DNA from: an uncultured Gemmatimonadales bacterium
GTDB lineage: Bacteria; Gemmatimonadota; Gemmatimonadetes; Gemmatimonadales; GWC2-71-9
Reading direction: 5' to 3'
NCBI GenBank assembly: GCA_963740175.1
Contig: CAVUDL010000018.1
Location: 1,381-65,380 of the forward strand
DNA: 64,000 nucleotides
The notes under the pieces: model-generated
What the model saw: only the letters and a program-made list of their open reading frames with translations
Database searches by the model: none
Told to the model about the DNA's origin: nothing
Shown: piece by piece, positions 1 through 8,936 of the stretch
Numbering within the stretch: position 1 is the first letter of the stretch
Layout of the letters: each line of letters begins with the position of its first letter
Program-made: the position numbers and the translations under genes

Positions 1-415
1 CTGAGCTTGATGCGTTGGCCGGGCTGGGGAAGGCGGTCACCGCTTTACGCTAGCCCGCTCAAGCCGCCTCGCGCGCAAAGACCCGAGGAGGGCTAACTGC
101 ATCAGCATCAGACCCTGCGCATTCACCTGAACAGCGCAGCGACCAGTGCAACGGTCGCGAGAACAGAGGCGGGGATCAGAACGAAGAAAAGCCAACGATC
201 AAAACGGTCCATCCGTTAGGCTGAAGCAGCCCAAGCTTAACCCTTCATTAACCGGGGTTAAGCGCCCACGTAGTTCATACCCGGGCCGTGCGATTTATCG
301 TTGTCGGTTCAGAGCCCTGGCCACAGACACCACAAGGAAAGCCAGCAAGCAAGGTCGAGGAAGCCGATCGGCGCCGATCGGCCTCAAGCTTGTAGCGGCG
401 GCGGAGCCGGACCGC

Positions 416-700
416 CTACTCGATGACTTCGTCGGCACGGGCGAGGAGCGAGGCCGGAACACTGAGACCGAGCCCCTGCGCGGCCTTCAAATTGATGACG
501 AGCTCGGCCCTCATGGGTTGGTGGACCGGCAACTCCGCATCCTTTTCGCCTTTCAGGATCCTCCCCGCGTAGAGGCCGGCCAGACGATAACCGTCGTTGA
601 GGCTGCCTCCGTAGCTCATCACACCGCCCGCTCCGACGAAGTCGCGGGTTTGGTAGATCGCCGGGATGGCATGGCGGAGCGCCAGCATGGCCAGCTTCTC
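416..700 (-). pseudogene. C-terminal fragment of an ABC transporter substrate-binding protein (rhizobial PF04392-like family)
   Basis: Translation ...[10 protein letters not shown]...[51 protein letters not shown] is the typical C-terminus of this family; the N-terminal part is missing. Confidence 0.75.
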
Positions 701-873
701 CCGCCGGGCGGTGAAGAATTCACCGCCTTTCTAGATAGGCCCGCCATGACTCAGAAACGGCCCGGAACGGCCAAGGCTCGTTCTGGCTGACCCCCCCAAC
801 GGCAAGCCCCCTTCCTGACTCTCCAGACGACGTCTGGAGGGCTCGGGAAGCTAAGATCAAGCATCCCCTTCGA

Positions 874-943
874 GAAAAAGGCCCGGGGCGACCGGGCCTA
901 AGTTGTCAGTGGCTAGGAGGAGGTAAGCCAGCCACAACAGATG
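874..943 (-). ncRNA. Candidate alphaproteobacterial sRNA: hairpin with a CUUACCUCCUC loop followed by an intrinsic terminator
   Basis: Minus strand reads GTGGCTGG-CTTACCTCCTC-CTAGCCAC, then AGGCCCGG-tcgcc-CCGGGCCT-TTTT; the layout resembles anti-SD-loop sRNAs (alpha-r14/alpha-r15 type). Confidence 0.5.
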
Positions 944-1155
944 ATCTATCTCGCGGTTGGCAGGTTGTCTTGCTCTCACTGGAATTAAGCTTACGCGTTG
1001 CCGGGGCCCGCCATTGCATCTCCTTCGCGAGTAAGGTTAGCCGCAGGTTTTGCTTGCCCTGCGACATGTAATCGATCGTTTCTAGCGGCGGGGCAGACCT
1101 GCTGTTTGCTTCAGGCCAAGCGCCGACTCTCCTCGGCAACCATCAAAGAGGCACC

Positions 1156-1749
1156 ATGCGTCGTATCACCCTAGCCCTGCTCGGGCTTGGCTGCGCCGCC
1201 GCGTTTGCGACGCCCGCCGCAGCTTTTTACGCAATCGACCCCATCACTCGGGAGCCCATCTACTACGGTCAGGTCCAACGCCCGCAGGTCTACCGTCCGC
1301 GGGCTCCCGCGAGTTACCGCTCGACGGTGAGCTATAGCGGCGAATACGAGCCGGGAACCGTGGTCGTCTCCACCCGCGAGCGCCGGCTCTATTACGTGCT
1401 CGGCGACGGTAAAGCCGTCCGCTACGCCGTCGGTGTCGGCCGTCAGGGCTTTCAGTGGTCCGGCATCGAGACCATCACCCTGAAACGCGCATGGCCGGAC
1501 TGGCGGCCACCCAAGGCGATGCTGCGCCGCCGCCCCGACCTGCCCCGCTACATGTCCGGCGGCGTCAACAATCCCCTTGGCGCTCGGGCCCTGTATCTCG
1601 GGACCTCGGAATACCGCATCCACGGCTCCAACGAGCCATGGACGATGGGCCAGGCCGTTTCCTCCGGGTGCATTCGCATGACCAACTCCGACGTCAGCGA
1701 CCTCTATAAGAGGGTCTCGGTCGGCACGACGGTGGTGGTCCTTCGCTGA
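1156..1749 (+). CDS. L,D-transpeptidase (ErfK/YbiS/YcfS/YnhG family)
   Basis: Signal peptide; NPLGARALYL, YRIHG and SSGCIRM catalytic motifs; SD AGAGG upstream. Confidence 0.93.
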   Translation: MRRITLALLGLGCAAAFATPAAAFYAIDPITREPIYYGQVQRPQVYRPRAPASYRSTVSYSGEYEPGTVVVSTRERRLYYVLGDGKAVRYAVGVGRQGFQWSGIETITLKRAWPDWRPPKAMLRRRPDLPRYMSGGVNNPLGARALYLGTSEYRIHGSNEPWTMGQAVSSGCIRMTNSDVSDLYKRVSVGTTVVVLR

Positions 1750-1897
1750 TCTCAGGGCCATGTCCAGGGGCTGTGTAGGCATCACGATGGTCACATGCCA
1801 GGGCGCCGAACGACTGCTGGCCCGGGTGCCAAGACTATAGAAATTCATTCCGCGTTCAGATGCCTGAGCGCGAGTTTTCAGCATGGGAGGTTTTCGC

Positions 1898-2428
1898 ATG
1901 AAAAAGCTTGCACTTGCTTTGGCGGCAACAGCCGCCCTCGGAATGGCCGCGCCAAACGATGCTGAAGCCTGGGGTTATCGTTATGGTGGCTGGGGCCACC
2001 GCGGCTGGGGTGGCGTTGGCGCTGGTCTGGCAATCGGCGCTCTGGCGGGCGGCTTGCTCGCCGCTTCCACGGCGCGGGCTTATGCTTATCCCGGCTACGG
2101 CTACGGTGGCTACTACCCGGCCAGCTATGGCTATGGTTACGGCTACCCGGCCAGCTATGGCTATGGATACGCCCCGGCTCGAGTGGTGGTCGTTCGGCGT
2201 AGGGTTGTCGCTCCTGCTTACTATGGCGGCTACTACCCGGCCGGCTATGGCTATGGCGGCTACTATGGCGGGTATGGCGTCCGCCGCGTGGGCTACTACG
2301 GCGGGTACTACCGGCCTCGGGTGGCGCACTATGGCGGATATGGTGTCCGTCGTGTGGGCTACTACGGCGGCTATGGCATCCGTCGTGGGTACGGCGTCGG
2401 CGTTGGTCGAGTGGGCCGCTGGCGCTAA
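1898..2428 (+). CDS. Exported Gly/Tyr-rich low-complexity protein with a glycine-zipper segment
   Basis: GGAGG SD at 1886-1890; signal peptide MKKLALALAATAALG..AEA; GAGLAIGALAGGLL; YGGYYPAxYGYG and YGGYGVRRVGYYGG repeats. Confidence 0.8.
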   Translation: MKKLALALAATAALGMAAPNDAEAWGYRYGGWGHRGWGGVGAGLAIGALAGGLLAASTARAYAYPGYGYGGYYPASYGYGYGYPASYGYGYAPARVVVVRRRVVAPAYYGGYYPAGYGYGGYYGGYGVRRVGYYGGYYRPRVAHYGGYGVRRVGYYGGYGIRRGYGVGVGRVGRWR

Positions 2429-2653
2429 GCCGAGATAGGTTGTGCGTAAAGTCTATGGATACCCTCTCCAGAGGGGCACGTCGTGACAGGCTTCCGCTGT
2501 TTTCACGTGCTCTGATCGATGTGGGCCGCGCTCCCCACCTGAAGCCGGCCGCTCGCGTGGCCGGTCGTTTGTTTGCCATATTCAAGCGTAGTCTCTCTCC
2601 ATAAGCTCCGACAGTGGGATGCCCCCGTGTCGGGAAGCGCACAGACCCGATCG

Positions 2654-2685
2654 AGCCCCGCTATCCCTCAAGGCGGGGCTTTTTT
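2654..2685 (+). terminator. Intrinsic terminator hairpin
   Basis: AGCCCCGC-tatccctcaag-GCGGGGCT-TTTTT. Confidence 0.7.
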
Positions 2686-2695
2686 CGTGCCCTCA

Positions 2696-2720
2696 GGAAC
2701 CTTTGTTAACCTGCAAGGTT
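2696..2720 (+). promoter_or_regulatory. Putative EcfG/SigT (general stress ECF sigma) promoter
   Basis: GGAAC-N17-GTT, close to the GGAAC-N16/17-CGTT consensus. Confidence 0.5.
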
Positions 2721-2724
2721 GAGT

Positions 2725-2806
2725 CGCTACTCGGAAGCTCCTTTGCCCCCACTTCGCTTCCGCGACTTTAGCCCCGCTCGGATCGACCTCCCTGGCGGGG
2801 CTTTTC
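2725..2806 (+). ncRNA. Candidate stress sRNA ending in a hairpin with a CCUCCC loop and U-tract
   Basis: Follows the EcfG-like promoter; AGCCCCGC-tcggatcgaCCTCCCtg-GCGGGGCT-TTT; no credible ORF. Confidence 0.4.
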
Positions 2807-2872
2807 CTTGCTCCGTCGCCTCTTGAGCGCGGCTGGAATGGACTCTCGGCACTACCCCGCACGGAGGTAGAC

Positions 2873-3319
2873 CTACTGGGTCGTGCTCAGACGGGAATAG
2901 GTTGCGGGGCGGCCGTCCGTGACCACAACCTGGGCGCCCCCATGCTGACGCACAAGCTCAAACAACGTTTGGGCGTTCCTGGGGGCGAGACGAACGCAGC
3001 CGTGACTGGCTGGGCGACCCAGCTGCCGAATGGCAGACGTGCCGTGGATCGCAAGCCCACCCTCAAAGAACAGGGCGTGCGGCATCGGCGACATGTCGTA
3101 TTTGCGTGAGTACCACATGCGCTCCATCCGCTGCACGTAGTAGCTTCCCGCCGGGGTTTCGTAACCTGTGCGCCCCGTGGAGACCGGCCAGGAGTAGACT
3201 GGAGTGCCATTCACAACCACGGTCATTCGCTGGGTGAGGTGGTCGATATGGGCCACAACACTCGCCGAGGCGGGAAGCGCAAAAAGACAAGCAGCTGCAA
3301 CGAAGACCATGAGACGCAC
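2873..3319 (-). CDS. L,D-transpeptidase (YkuD domain)
   Basis: Signal peptide; WPVSTG, TPAG, AIHGT and ASHGCVRL motifs. Confidence 0.92.
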   Translation of the reverse strand: MRLMVFVAAACLFALPASASVVAHIDHLTQRMTVVVNGTPVYSWPVSTGRTGYETPAGSYYVQRMERMWYSRKYDMSPMPHALFFEGGLAIHGTSAIRQLGRPASHGCVRLAPRNAQTLFELVRQHGGAQVVVTDGRPATYSRLSTTQ

Positions 3320-3355
3320 GAGACCGCTCCCAAGCTTGACTGTAACCGCAGTGAC

Positions 3356-3380
3356 AACGCGCCCTTACGGCTAAGGTTCA
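3356..3380 (-). promoter_or_regulatory. Putative EcfG/SigT promoter of the L,D-transpeptidase
   Basis: Minus strand TGAAC-N16-CGTT about 37 nt upstream of the start codon. Confidence 0.55.
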
Positions 3381-3780
3381 CCGACCGATAACAACGATCC
3401 TCCGCGGCCACCTAGCCCCGAGCTTCTCTTCCTCGTCGGGTGGTTAATGCAGCGACTGGTGTCCAAGCTGCTCCCGGACTAGATCAACTCAGACCGTCAA
3501 CCCGCCTGCTGTTTCATAATGTCTCCTGGGAGCTGGATGGGGGCTGCGCAAAGAAGAACTGCGACAGGCAATTGTCCACGGTGGCCATCGCTTACGGCGG
3601 CGCCTCCGGAGGGGCCTACGGCTGCAACGACCTACGCAGCTGCGGTCAGGCATTGCAGTTCATCGTCGATGATTATGTAAGGTGGCGGCTTGGGTTGAGA
3701 CCGGGCACACCGAGGCCATGAAGCCCTATGACCCGCAACCCACGCCGCGCCTACGATGCCGAGGGCGGGAAATCGTGCCC

Positions 3781-4029
3781 ATGTCGCTTGGCAACATGGG
3801 CGAGCACGGGGTGAGGTCCGTGGAGGCGACCTGCGAAGCCTGCAAGCACGAAGCCTCCATCAGCGTGGATAATCTGCCAGGCGACGCCTACGTGCCAGAC
3901 GTGGCGCTGAGGCTCCGTTGCTCGGCCTGCGGCTCGAAGCAGATCACGACCCGATCGGACTGGACTCGCCATCAAGCCTATAGGCGGGGCGGTTATACTA
4001 CGGCCCGTAATCCGGGATCATCTCTTTGA
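3781..4029 (+). CDS. Small hypothetical protein with a CxxC...CxxC zinc-ribbon signature
   Basis: MSLGNMGEHGVRSVEATCEACKH...LRCSACGSK; start codon uncertain. Confidence 0.6.
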   Translation: MSLGNMGEHGVRSVEATCEACKHEASISVDNLPGDAYVPDVALRLRCSACGSKQITTRSDWTRHQAYRRGGYTTARNPGSSL

Positions 4030-4598
4030 GGTTGGCGCCGGGTGCCCTTTGGCATCGTTCTTGCGACGCCCGCTCGGCCCTTCTTGGGCATTTCCTCCCT
4101 GGACTTGGCCGCGCCTTGTGCGCGGCCTTTTTGCGCCTGACGCCCTCGCGGGTAAGCGTAGGGTTTCAAATCCGATAGACATGATCCACCCAAACGGCCA
4201 GCAGGAACGCCAGCGCAAGGACGACGCCGGCAAGTAGGAGCTGGTCACGCCTTCGGGCGGCCCTCTCTTGCTCGAAAGCTTTCATGCCAAAATTTCCTCC
4301 CGGCGGCTTGTTGTTGGGCGCATGGTAGACGTGGGATTTGCGGCCGTCAGCGACCGAAGGTCAGGAAAAAACATGGCCATTAGTCGGAAAAGTTATTGGA
4401 TTGCAGCCCTTCCACCGCCGCGGTGCGGGTTTCTGTTTCAGACCGGCAGCCGCTTGAAGTGTGGGACGGGAGCTGGACCACGCTGCAAGTTAATCTCGGA
4501 TTAGGCCAAGCGTCGCAATTAGCTGCCTTGGTTCTGTCAAAGACACTGAATAGAGGACAGTAATCCCGGGGCTACACCGGGACTGGTGGGGGTTTCCG

Positions 4599-5240
4599 GT
4601 GTTCAAGTTGTCTTGCGCGTGCCTCGCATTCTTCGGGGTCCTGTTGGTTTCGTCTTCAAGCTACGCCCAGTCTAGTGACGACATCAGCATCCCTCTTCCG
4701 CCTGCTATCAACGAGTTGTTCGGGCTGCCAAAAACCTACACGAAGGGCCGCAGCGCCTACCTCGAAATCCTGACCCGTCACGCGGAGCAGACCGGTCTTC
4801 CACCTGCTATCGCTGATGCGGTGATCCGGGTGGAGAGTTCATTCAATTCGCATGCGGTCGGCGGGGTGGGCGAGGTCGGCCTCATGCAGGTTCGTCCGGA
4901 GACCGCGGCCATGCTCGGCTTCTCGGGGGGAGTGACAGACCTCTTCGAGCCCGAGACGAACATCCTCTATGGCGTTCGATACCTTGCTCGAGCCTGGCAA
5001 CTTGCCCAGGGTGATGTCTGCCGCGCGCTGATGAAGTATCGTGCCGGGTGGGGAAACGAGACGATGACCCCGCTATCGGTCGAGTATTGCCGCCGTGCGA
5101 AGGGGCATCTGGCGGCGATTGGCTCGCCCTTGGCGGGCGGTGCACTGCCGTCGCCGGATGCGCCTGGGGCGAACGCGCCAACCTTCTCGGCCGATGCCAA
5201 AACCTTCCGTGGCCAGCCCACGCCCAGGTCCATGGCCTGA
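4599..5240 (+). CDS. Lytic transglycosylase (SLT domain), C-terminus probably truncated by the IS remnant
   Basis: AVIRVESSFN, GEVGLMQV..TA and NILYGVRYL SLT motifs; signal peptide. Confidence 0.88.
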   Translation: MFKLSCACLAFFGVLLVSSSSYAQSSDDISIPLPPAINELFGLPKTYTKGRSAYLEILTRHAEQTGLPPAIADAVIRVESSFNSHAVGGVGEVGLMQVRPETAAMLGFSGGVTDLFEPETNILYGVRYLARAWQLAQGDVCRALMKYRAGWGNETMTPLSVEYCRRAKGHLAAIGSPLAGGALPSPDAPGANAPTFSADAKTFRGQPTPRSMA

Positions 5241-5480
5241 TCCGCAGATGGGTCGAGGCCAACGGCACCCTCCCGAATATCCCGCCCAAGGCGAACCGGA
5301 TCTGGAAGAACTGCTTCTCGCCCGTCCTCTACCGCGCCCGCAACGCCATCGAGCGCATGTTCTGTCGCCTGAAAGACTTCCGGCGTGTCGCCACGCGTTA
5401 CGACCGGCTCGCCACCAACTTTCTCGCCGCCGTCTGCATCGCCGCAACCGTCAGCTACTGGTTATGAGTCTGGCCCACTG
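5236..5480 (+). mobile_element. IS5-family transposase C-terminal remnant with the right end of the element
   Basis: IPPKANR...YRARNAIERMFCRLKDFRRVATRYDRLATNFLAAVCIAATVSYWL; stop followed by GTCTGGCCC; N-terminal part absent. Confidence 0.85.
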
Positions 5481-5575
5481 AAAACACTAGGACGCGCCTC
5501 GCAGACAGGCGCGCCCGGCAATGGCGGGCCACCAGACCTATGTGAACGGATTGATTCGCTGTGCTAGGAACGGGC

Positions 5576-5783
5576 ATGGCTTGGAAACCAACCCCCATAC
5601 CGGAAGCCCGACTACAACATCCTGTTCGCCGTCTACTACGTGGACGGGCGGGCGGCCTACATCGCAATAAGCCCGAAGAAGCTTGCGGGTGGCGACCATG
5701 GCGTGCCTGCCATCGCGCGCGAGCTGCAAGACAAGGGCGAGATCCCTAACGGCGAGATCAAGGGCGTGAAGCGGGTGCGGTAA
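5576..5783 (+). CDS. Small hypothetical protein hidden by a 1-nt frameshift
   Basis: Removing one C from the C-run near 5595 gives MAWKPTPYRKPDYNILFAVYYVDGRAAYIAISPKKLAGGDHGVPAIARELQDKGEIPNGEIKGVKRVR* with GC-rich third codon positions. Confidence 0.55.
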
Positions 5784-5968
5784 CCAGCTCACGCTCGCCA
5801 CCTTGTCAAAGGGTCTGATCTTCAGCGGCTCACCTTGACTGCATCACTCTCGCGAGACGCGCGGCAATGGACCGGGTTCATGCTGTCCTGTGCCGCTTGC
5901 GTTCAACTCGGCGATTCGACATGCAACGGGCTCCCATGTTTCGCTCCTCCTGGATAAGGGGCAGGTCC

Positions 5969-6307
5969 ATGGATACTTCTCTTGAAGAGCGAGTCCGTGT
6001 CCTCGAGGCATCACGTTACGCAATGATCGGCCGTATAAATGCCCTTCAGACGCTTGTGATCAACGCACTCACCGATATCGTCATCAGGAATGCTCCCGAT
6101 CCTGTGGGAACGGCCGAGCGCATGCGAGAGATCTGGCTTGCTGCCGCAGATGCGCTGCCTCCTCCCATGCAGGGGAGTGATCCGGTTCATCTCGACTTGG
6201 CAAATCAGGAATATCGAGAGGCAATGGACACCATATCGGCGGATCTCCTAACGAATGTGTGGCAAGTCGCGGAAACCAAAAAGCGCACCGGGGAAGGACA
6301 ACGTTGA
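5969..6307 (+). CDS. Hypothetical protein
   Basis: ORF MDTSLEERV... with a purine-rich RBS; predicted helical; no recognised family. Confidence 0.5.
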   Translation: MDTSLEERVRVLEASRYAMIGRINALQTLVINALTDIVIRNAPDPVGTAERMREIWLAAADALPPPMQGSDPVHLDLANQEYREAMDTISADLLTNVWQVAETKKRTGEGQR

Positions 6308-6621
6308 CCTCGCTCTCCGGCTTTGCCTCCGCGCTCCGGGGCGACGGTAGATCAAGCGGACAGAAAGGGGAGCGGGGTTTCATCTGCTCGCCGCCCGGCC
6401 CTTCCCGACTCTTTAGAGAGTCACTGAGGGCCGTCAGCAGGTCTGGGCTAGGGTTCCGCCCAAATCAACCTTGGCCGCCACGGGGCTCTGTAGGCCTTTT
6501 GCGGGGCCGGGCGGCAGCCTAATCTCCAGCGCCCGCCACCTTCGTCCACGGGGGAAGCCGTCGCGACGCCTACGCTTCCATAATACGGACTAGTAACAGC
6601 CCAGCACCAGGAGCAACTAAC

Positions 6622-6849
6622 ATGCGCAAGCTTGGCCTCGTTCTCTTCACCTGTTTTGGATTAGCAGCCTGCGCAACACAGCAGCAAACCGTCGGCACCG
6701 CCGCGGGGGTGGCAGCTGGAGCCGTGGTCGCGGGTCCTGTCGGGGCGGTGGTCGGCGGGGCCGCAGGCGCTGTCGTCACGGCGCCGCGCGGTTATCGCCG
6801 TGTCTACTATGGATCCCGCCGCGTCTACCGTCGTAGATATTACTACTGA
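6622..6849 (+). CDS. Small lipoprotein with a glycine zipper and an Arg/Tyr-rich tail
   Basis: AGGAG SD; lipobox LAAC; GTAAGVAAGAVVAGPVGAVVGGAAGA. Confidence 0.8.
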   Translation: MRKLGLVLFTCFGLAACATQQQTVGTAAGVAAGAVVAGPVGAVVGGAAGAVVTAPRGYRRVYYGSRRVYRRRYYY

Positions 6850-7170
6850 GGTCGCGCATCATGGGGCTTTGCGGATGGCGACGTCCGCGGCCCTGATCGA
6901 CCTTCCCGATACCGCTTTGAAGGAGGTCGTGGCCTCGACTCAGGGCAGGGGACTGAGTGGCACTCGACGATTGCTGTCCTAAGAGCCTGTCTCGAAACGG
7001 GGTTGAGTGGCCTCGAACTACGCGCGGCGGGAAGGGCTGGCAGGTGTAGGTGGTTCACTCGATCACCTCGCTGGAAGCAATCGGAGTGCCCCGCCGCCAG
7101 TGCGACGAGAAGGCGGGCTCATCAGGTCTGGAAGCTTGCACTACCTGGTTCGACAGCTTGGAGGTGCCAC

Positions 7171-7563
7171 ATGGACGAGTCAGCTCAAACAATCCGCCTC
7201 GAAAGAAGATCTACCCATGGAAGCCCAAAAGCGGTCGACCTCAAATGCCAATCAATCGAGTGGGTTGAGGCAACATGGCACGACATCATCTGCGCAGAGG
7301 GTCCGGTCTCACGCTCTATCCTCGAAGGTCCCCGTGTGATTGCGTTCGGCCTGCCGGACTTTGACGAGGACGCTGGATGGAACTGGATTATCCAACCAGG
7401 GCATGGTGAGCACGAGATCGTATCGATGCAAAGAAGCGGCGGCGAGGTGCGGTTCGTCCTCCGCCCCTCTCCGGCGAGAGTACAGCGATTATGGGGTCGG
7501 ACATCAGGACGCCTTCGTAAAGCGGCACACCCGCACTGGCAGTCGTCGGCCATGCCGGCTTAA
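7171..7563 (+). CDS. Hypothetical protein
   Basis: GGAGG SD just upstream of ATG 7171; no recognised family. Confidence 0.45.
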   Translation: MDESAQTIRLERRSTHGSPKAVDLKCQSIEWVEATWHDIICAEGPVSRSILEGPRVIAFGLPDFDEDAGWNWIIQPGHGEHEIVSMQRSGGEVRFVLRPSPARVQRLWGRTSGRLRKAAHPHWQSSAMPA

Positions 7564-7681
7564 CGCCGCTGCACGCGCGGCTTTTCGCGCTTTGACAGAG
7601 CCAACAGATCGCGCATCCCAACTTTGAGCCTCTGCTACTCGATCAATCGCCCTCTCGGATCGGAGTCGCAACCTTCGGTTG

Positions 7682-7760
7682 AAAAAAGGCCCGTCATGAT
7701 GAGACGGGCCGGAGAGTTGGGATGGTCCTGAGAAAGGACCACAATCAGAGTAACCACTGC
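7682..7760 (-). ncRNA. Candidate sRNA with two hairpins, C/U-rich single-stranded parts and a terminator
   Basis: Minus strand TGGTCCT-ttctc-AGGACCA, linker TCCCAACTCTCC, then GGCCCGTC..GACGGGCC-TTTTTT. Confidence 0.4.
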
Positions 7761-7798
7761 CGTCGTGAGTTGCTCGCCCAAAGAGTAGGCATTCACGT

Positions 7799-8701
7799 TT
7801 AGCTCTCACTTCGATTAATCGCCCCGCATGAATCGCGCCAGCCCTTGAGGAGCGGCAGCGCGCGGGACGGGGATGACCGGAACCAAGGAGCCGGCAACGG
7901 GCGGCCAATGCGCAAGACGTCAGGCGATTCGTGTGCCAGTGGCGCCAGCATGCGCTCGCCCAGCGCGGGGTGTTCGGTAATCTGCCGGAACTCGTCGGCC
8001 GTGAGCGAACCGGCCTTATGAAGTACCGCTTCCCGGGTGCCGATCTTCCCGATGTCGTGCAGCTCGCCCCCCAGACGAATCCCGTCTAGTCCGGCGCCGT
8101 CGAATCCCAGGCGGGCAGCCGTCGCCACGGCGTAATGACTCACCCGTATGGAGTGGCCCCGCGTGTACGCGTCCTTGGCCTCGAGCGCTCGCGCCAGCAT
8201 CTGGATACCCTGAAGGAAGAGCTCCTGGATCCGCTGCGCCTGCTCCTGCACCTGACGCTCCAGATGCTCCTGATAGAACCGGTTCTGTAGAATCAGGGCG
8301 CGCTTTTCGAGGGCCCGCACCACCCGGGCCTGCAACTCGCCGAGGGAGATCGGCTTCAGCAGGAAGTCGGCGGCGCCCAGGTGCAGGCAGTCGACGGCGG
8401 TGGTGGTCTCGCTGATGCCGCTGAGCATGATGACGGAGCTGTCCGGAAAGCGATGCCGCACGGCCTCGAGAAAGCCCATGCCGTCAAGCTCGGGCATTCG
8501 CATATCCGAGATGATCAGGGGTGTCTCCCCGATACTGTCGAGAACTTGGAGGCCCTCGCGTCCGCTGCCGGCCTCGAAACAGTTGAAGCCTTGGGCTTGC
8601 AGCATGCGTGCGAGGGATCGGCGCACGCTCGGTTCATCATCGACGATGAGACAGTTGGCGGAGCCGGCCGCGGTCGGCCCAGCTTCCGGGGCTTCTGGCA
8701 T
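7799..8701 (-). CDS. Response regulator with HD-GYP phosphodiesterase domain (RpfG-like), truncated at about 7905
   Basis: REC domain (LIVDDE, ISDMRMP, KP), KDAYTRGHS and LHDIGKIG; similarity stops at DVLRI, before the HHE...GYP motif. Confidence 0.85.
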   Translation of the reverse strand: MPEAPEAGPTAAGSANCLIVDDEPSVRRSLARMLQAQGFNCFEAGSGREGLQVLDSIGETPLIISDMRMPELDGMGFLEAVRHRFPDSSVIMLSGISETTTAVDCLHLGAADFLLKPISLGELQARVVRALEKRALILQNRFYQEHLERQVQEQAQRIQELFLQGIQMLARALEAKDAYTRGHSIRVSHYAVATAARLGFDGAGLDGIRLGGELHDIGKIGTREAVLHKAGSLTADEFRQITEHPALGERMLAPLAHESPDVLRIGRPLPAPWFRSSPSRALPLLKGWRDSCGAINRSES

Positions 8702-8800
8702 TACGGCAGTTACCGAATGGTGGGGGATAGGATGCCACGAACATCCGATCGCCACACACTGTAAGGGAGTCGCAGGCGATTGTCCACTGTCGGGCTATGT

Positions 8801-8917
8801 ACGGGCGGACGGCCGGACAGACGGACAGGCTGTCGGATTGCGGAGAGAGGCTGATCATCCAGCACAAAGAAGTTCCGTCCGGCCGCCGTCCGGCCGTCCG
8901 CCTGTCCGACCGTCCGC
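8801..8917. repeat. Palindromic microsatellite hairpin, 8-nt unit (GACGGGCG/GACAGACG-like)
   Basis: Left arm GGGCGGACGGCCGGACAGACGGACAGG; right arm CCGTCCGGCCGCCGTCCGGCCGTCCGCCTGTCCGACCGTCCG. Confidence 0.75.
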
Positions 8918-8936
8918 TTGCCCTTTACTTTACGTC

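Noticed and set aside
8400-8936. 179-aa N-terminal extension of AcnA in the ORF track
   Set aside because: It overlaps the divergent HD-GYP gene and a repeat; homology begins at ATG 8937.
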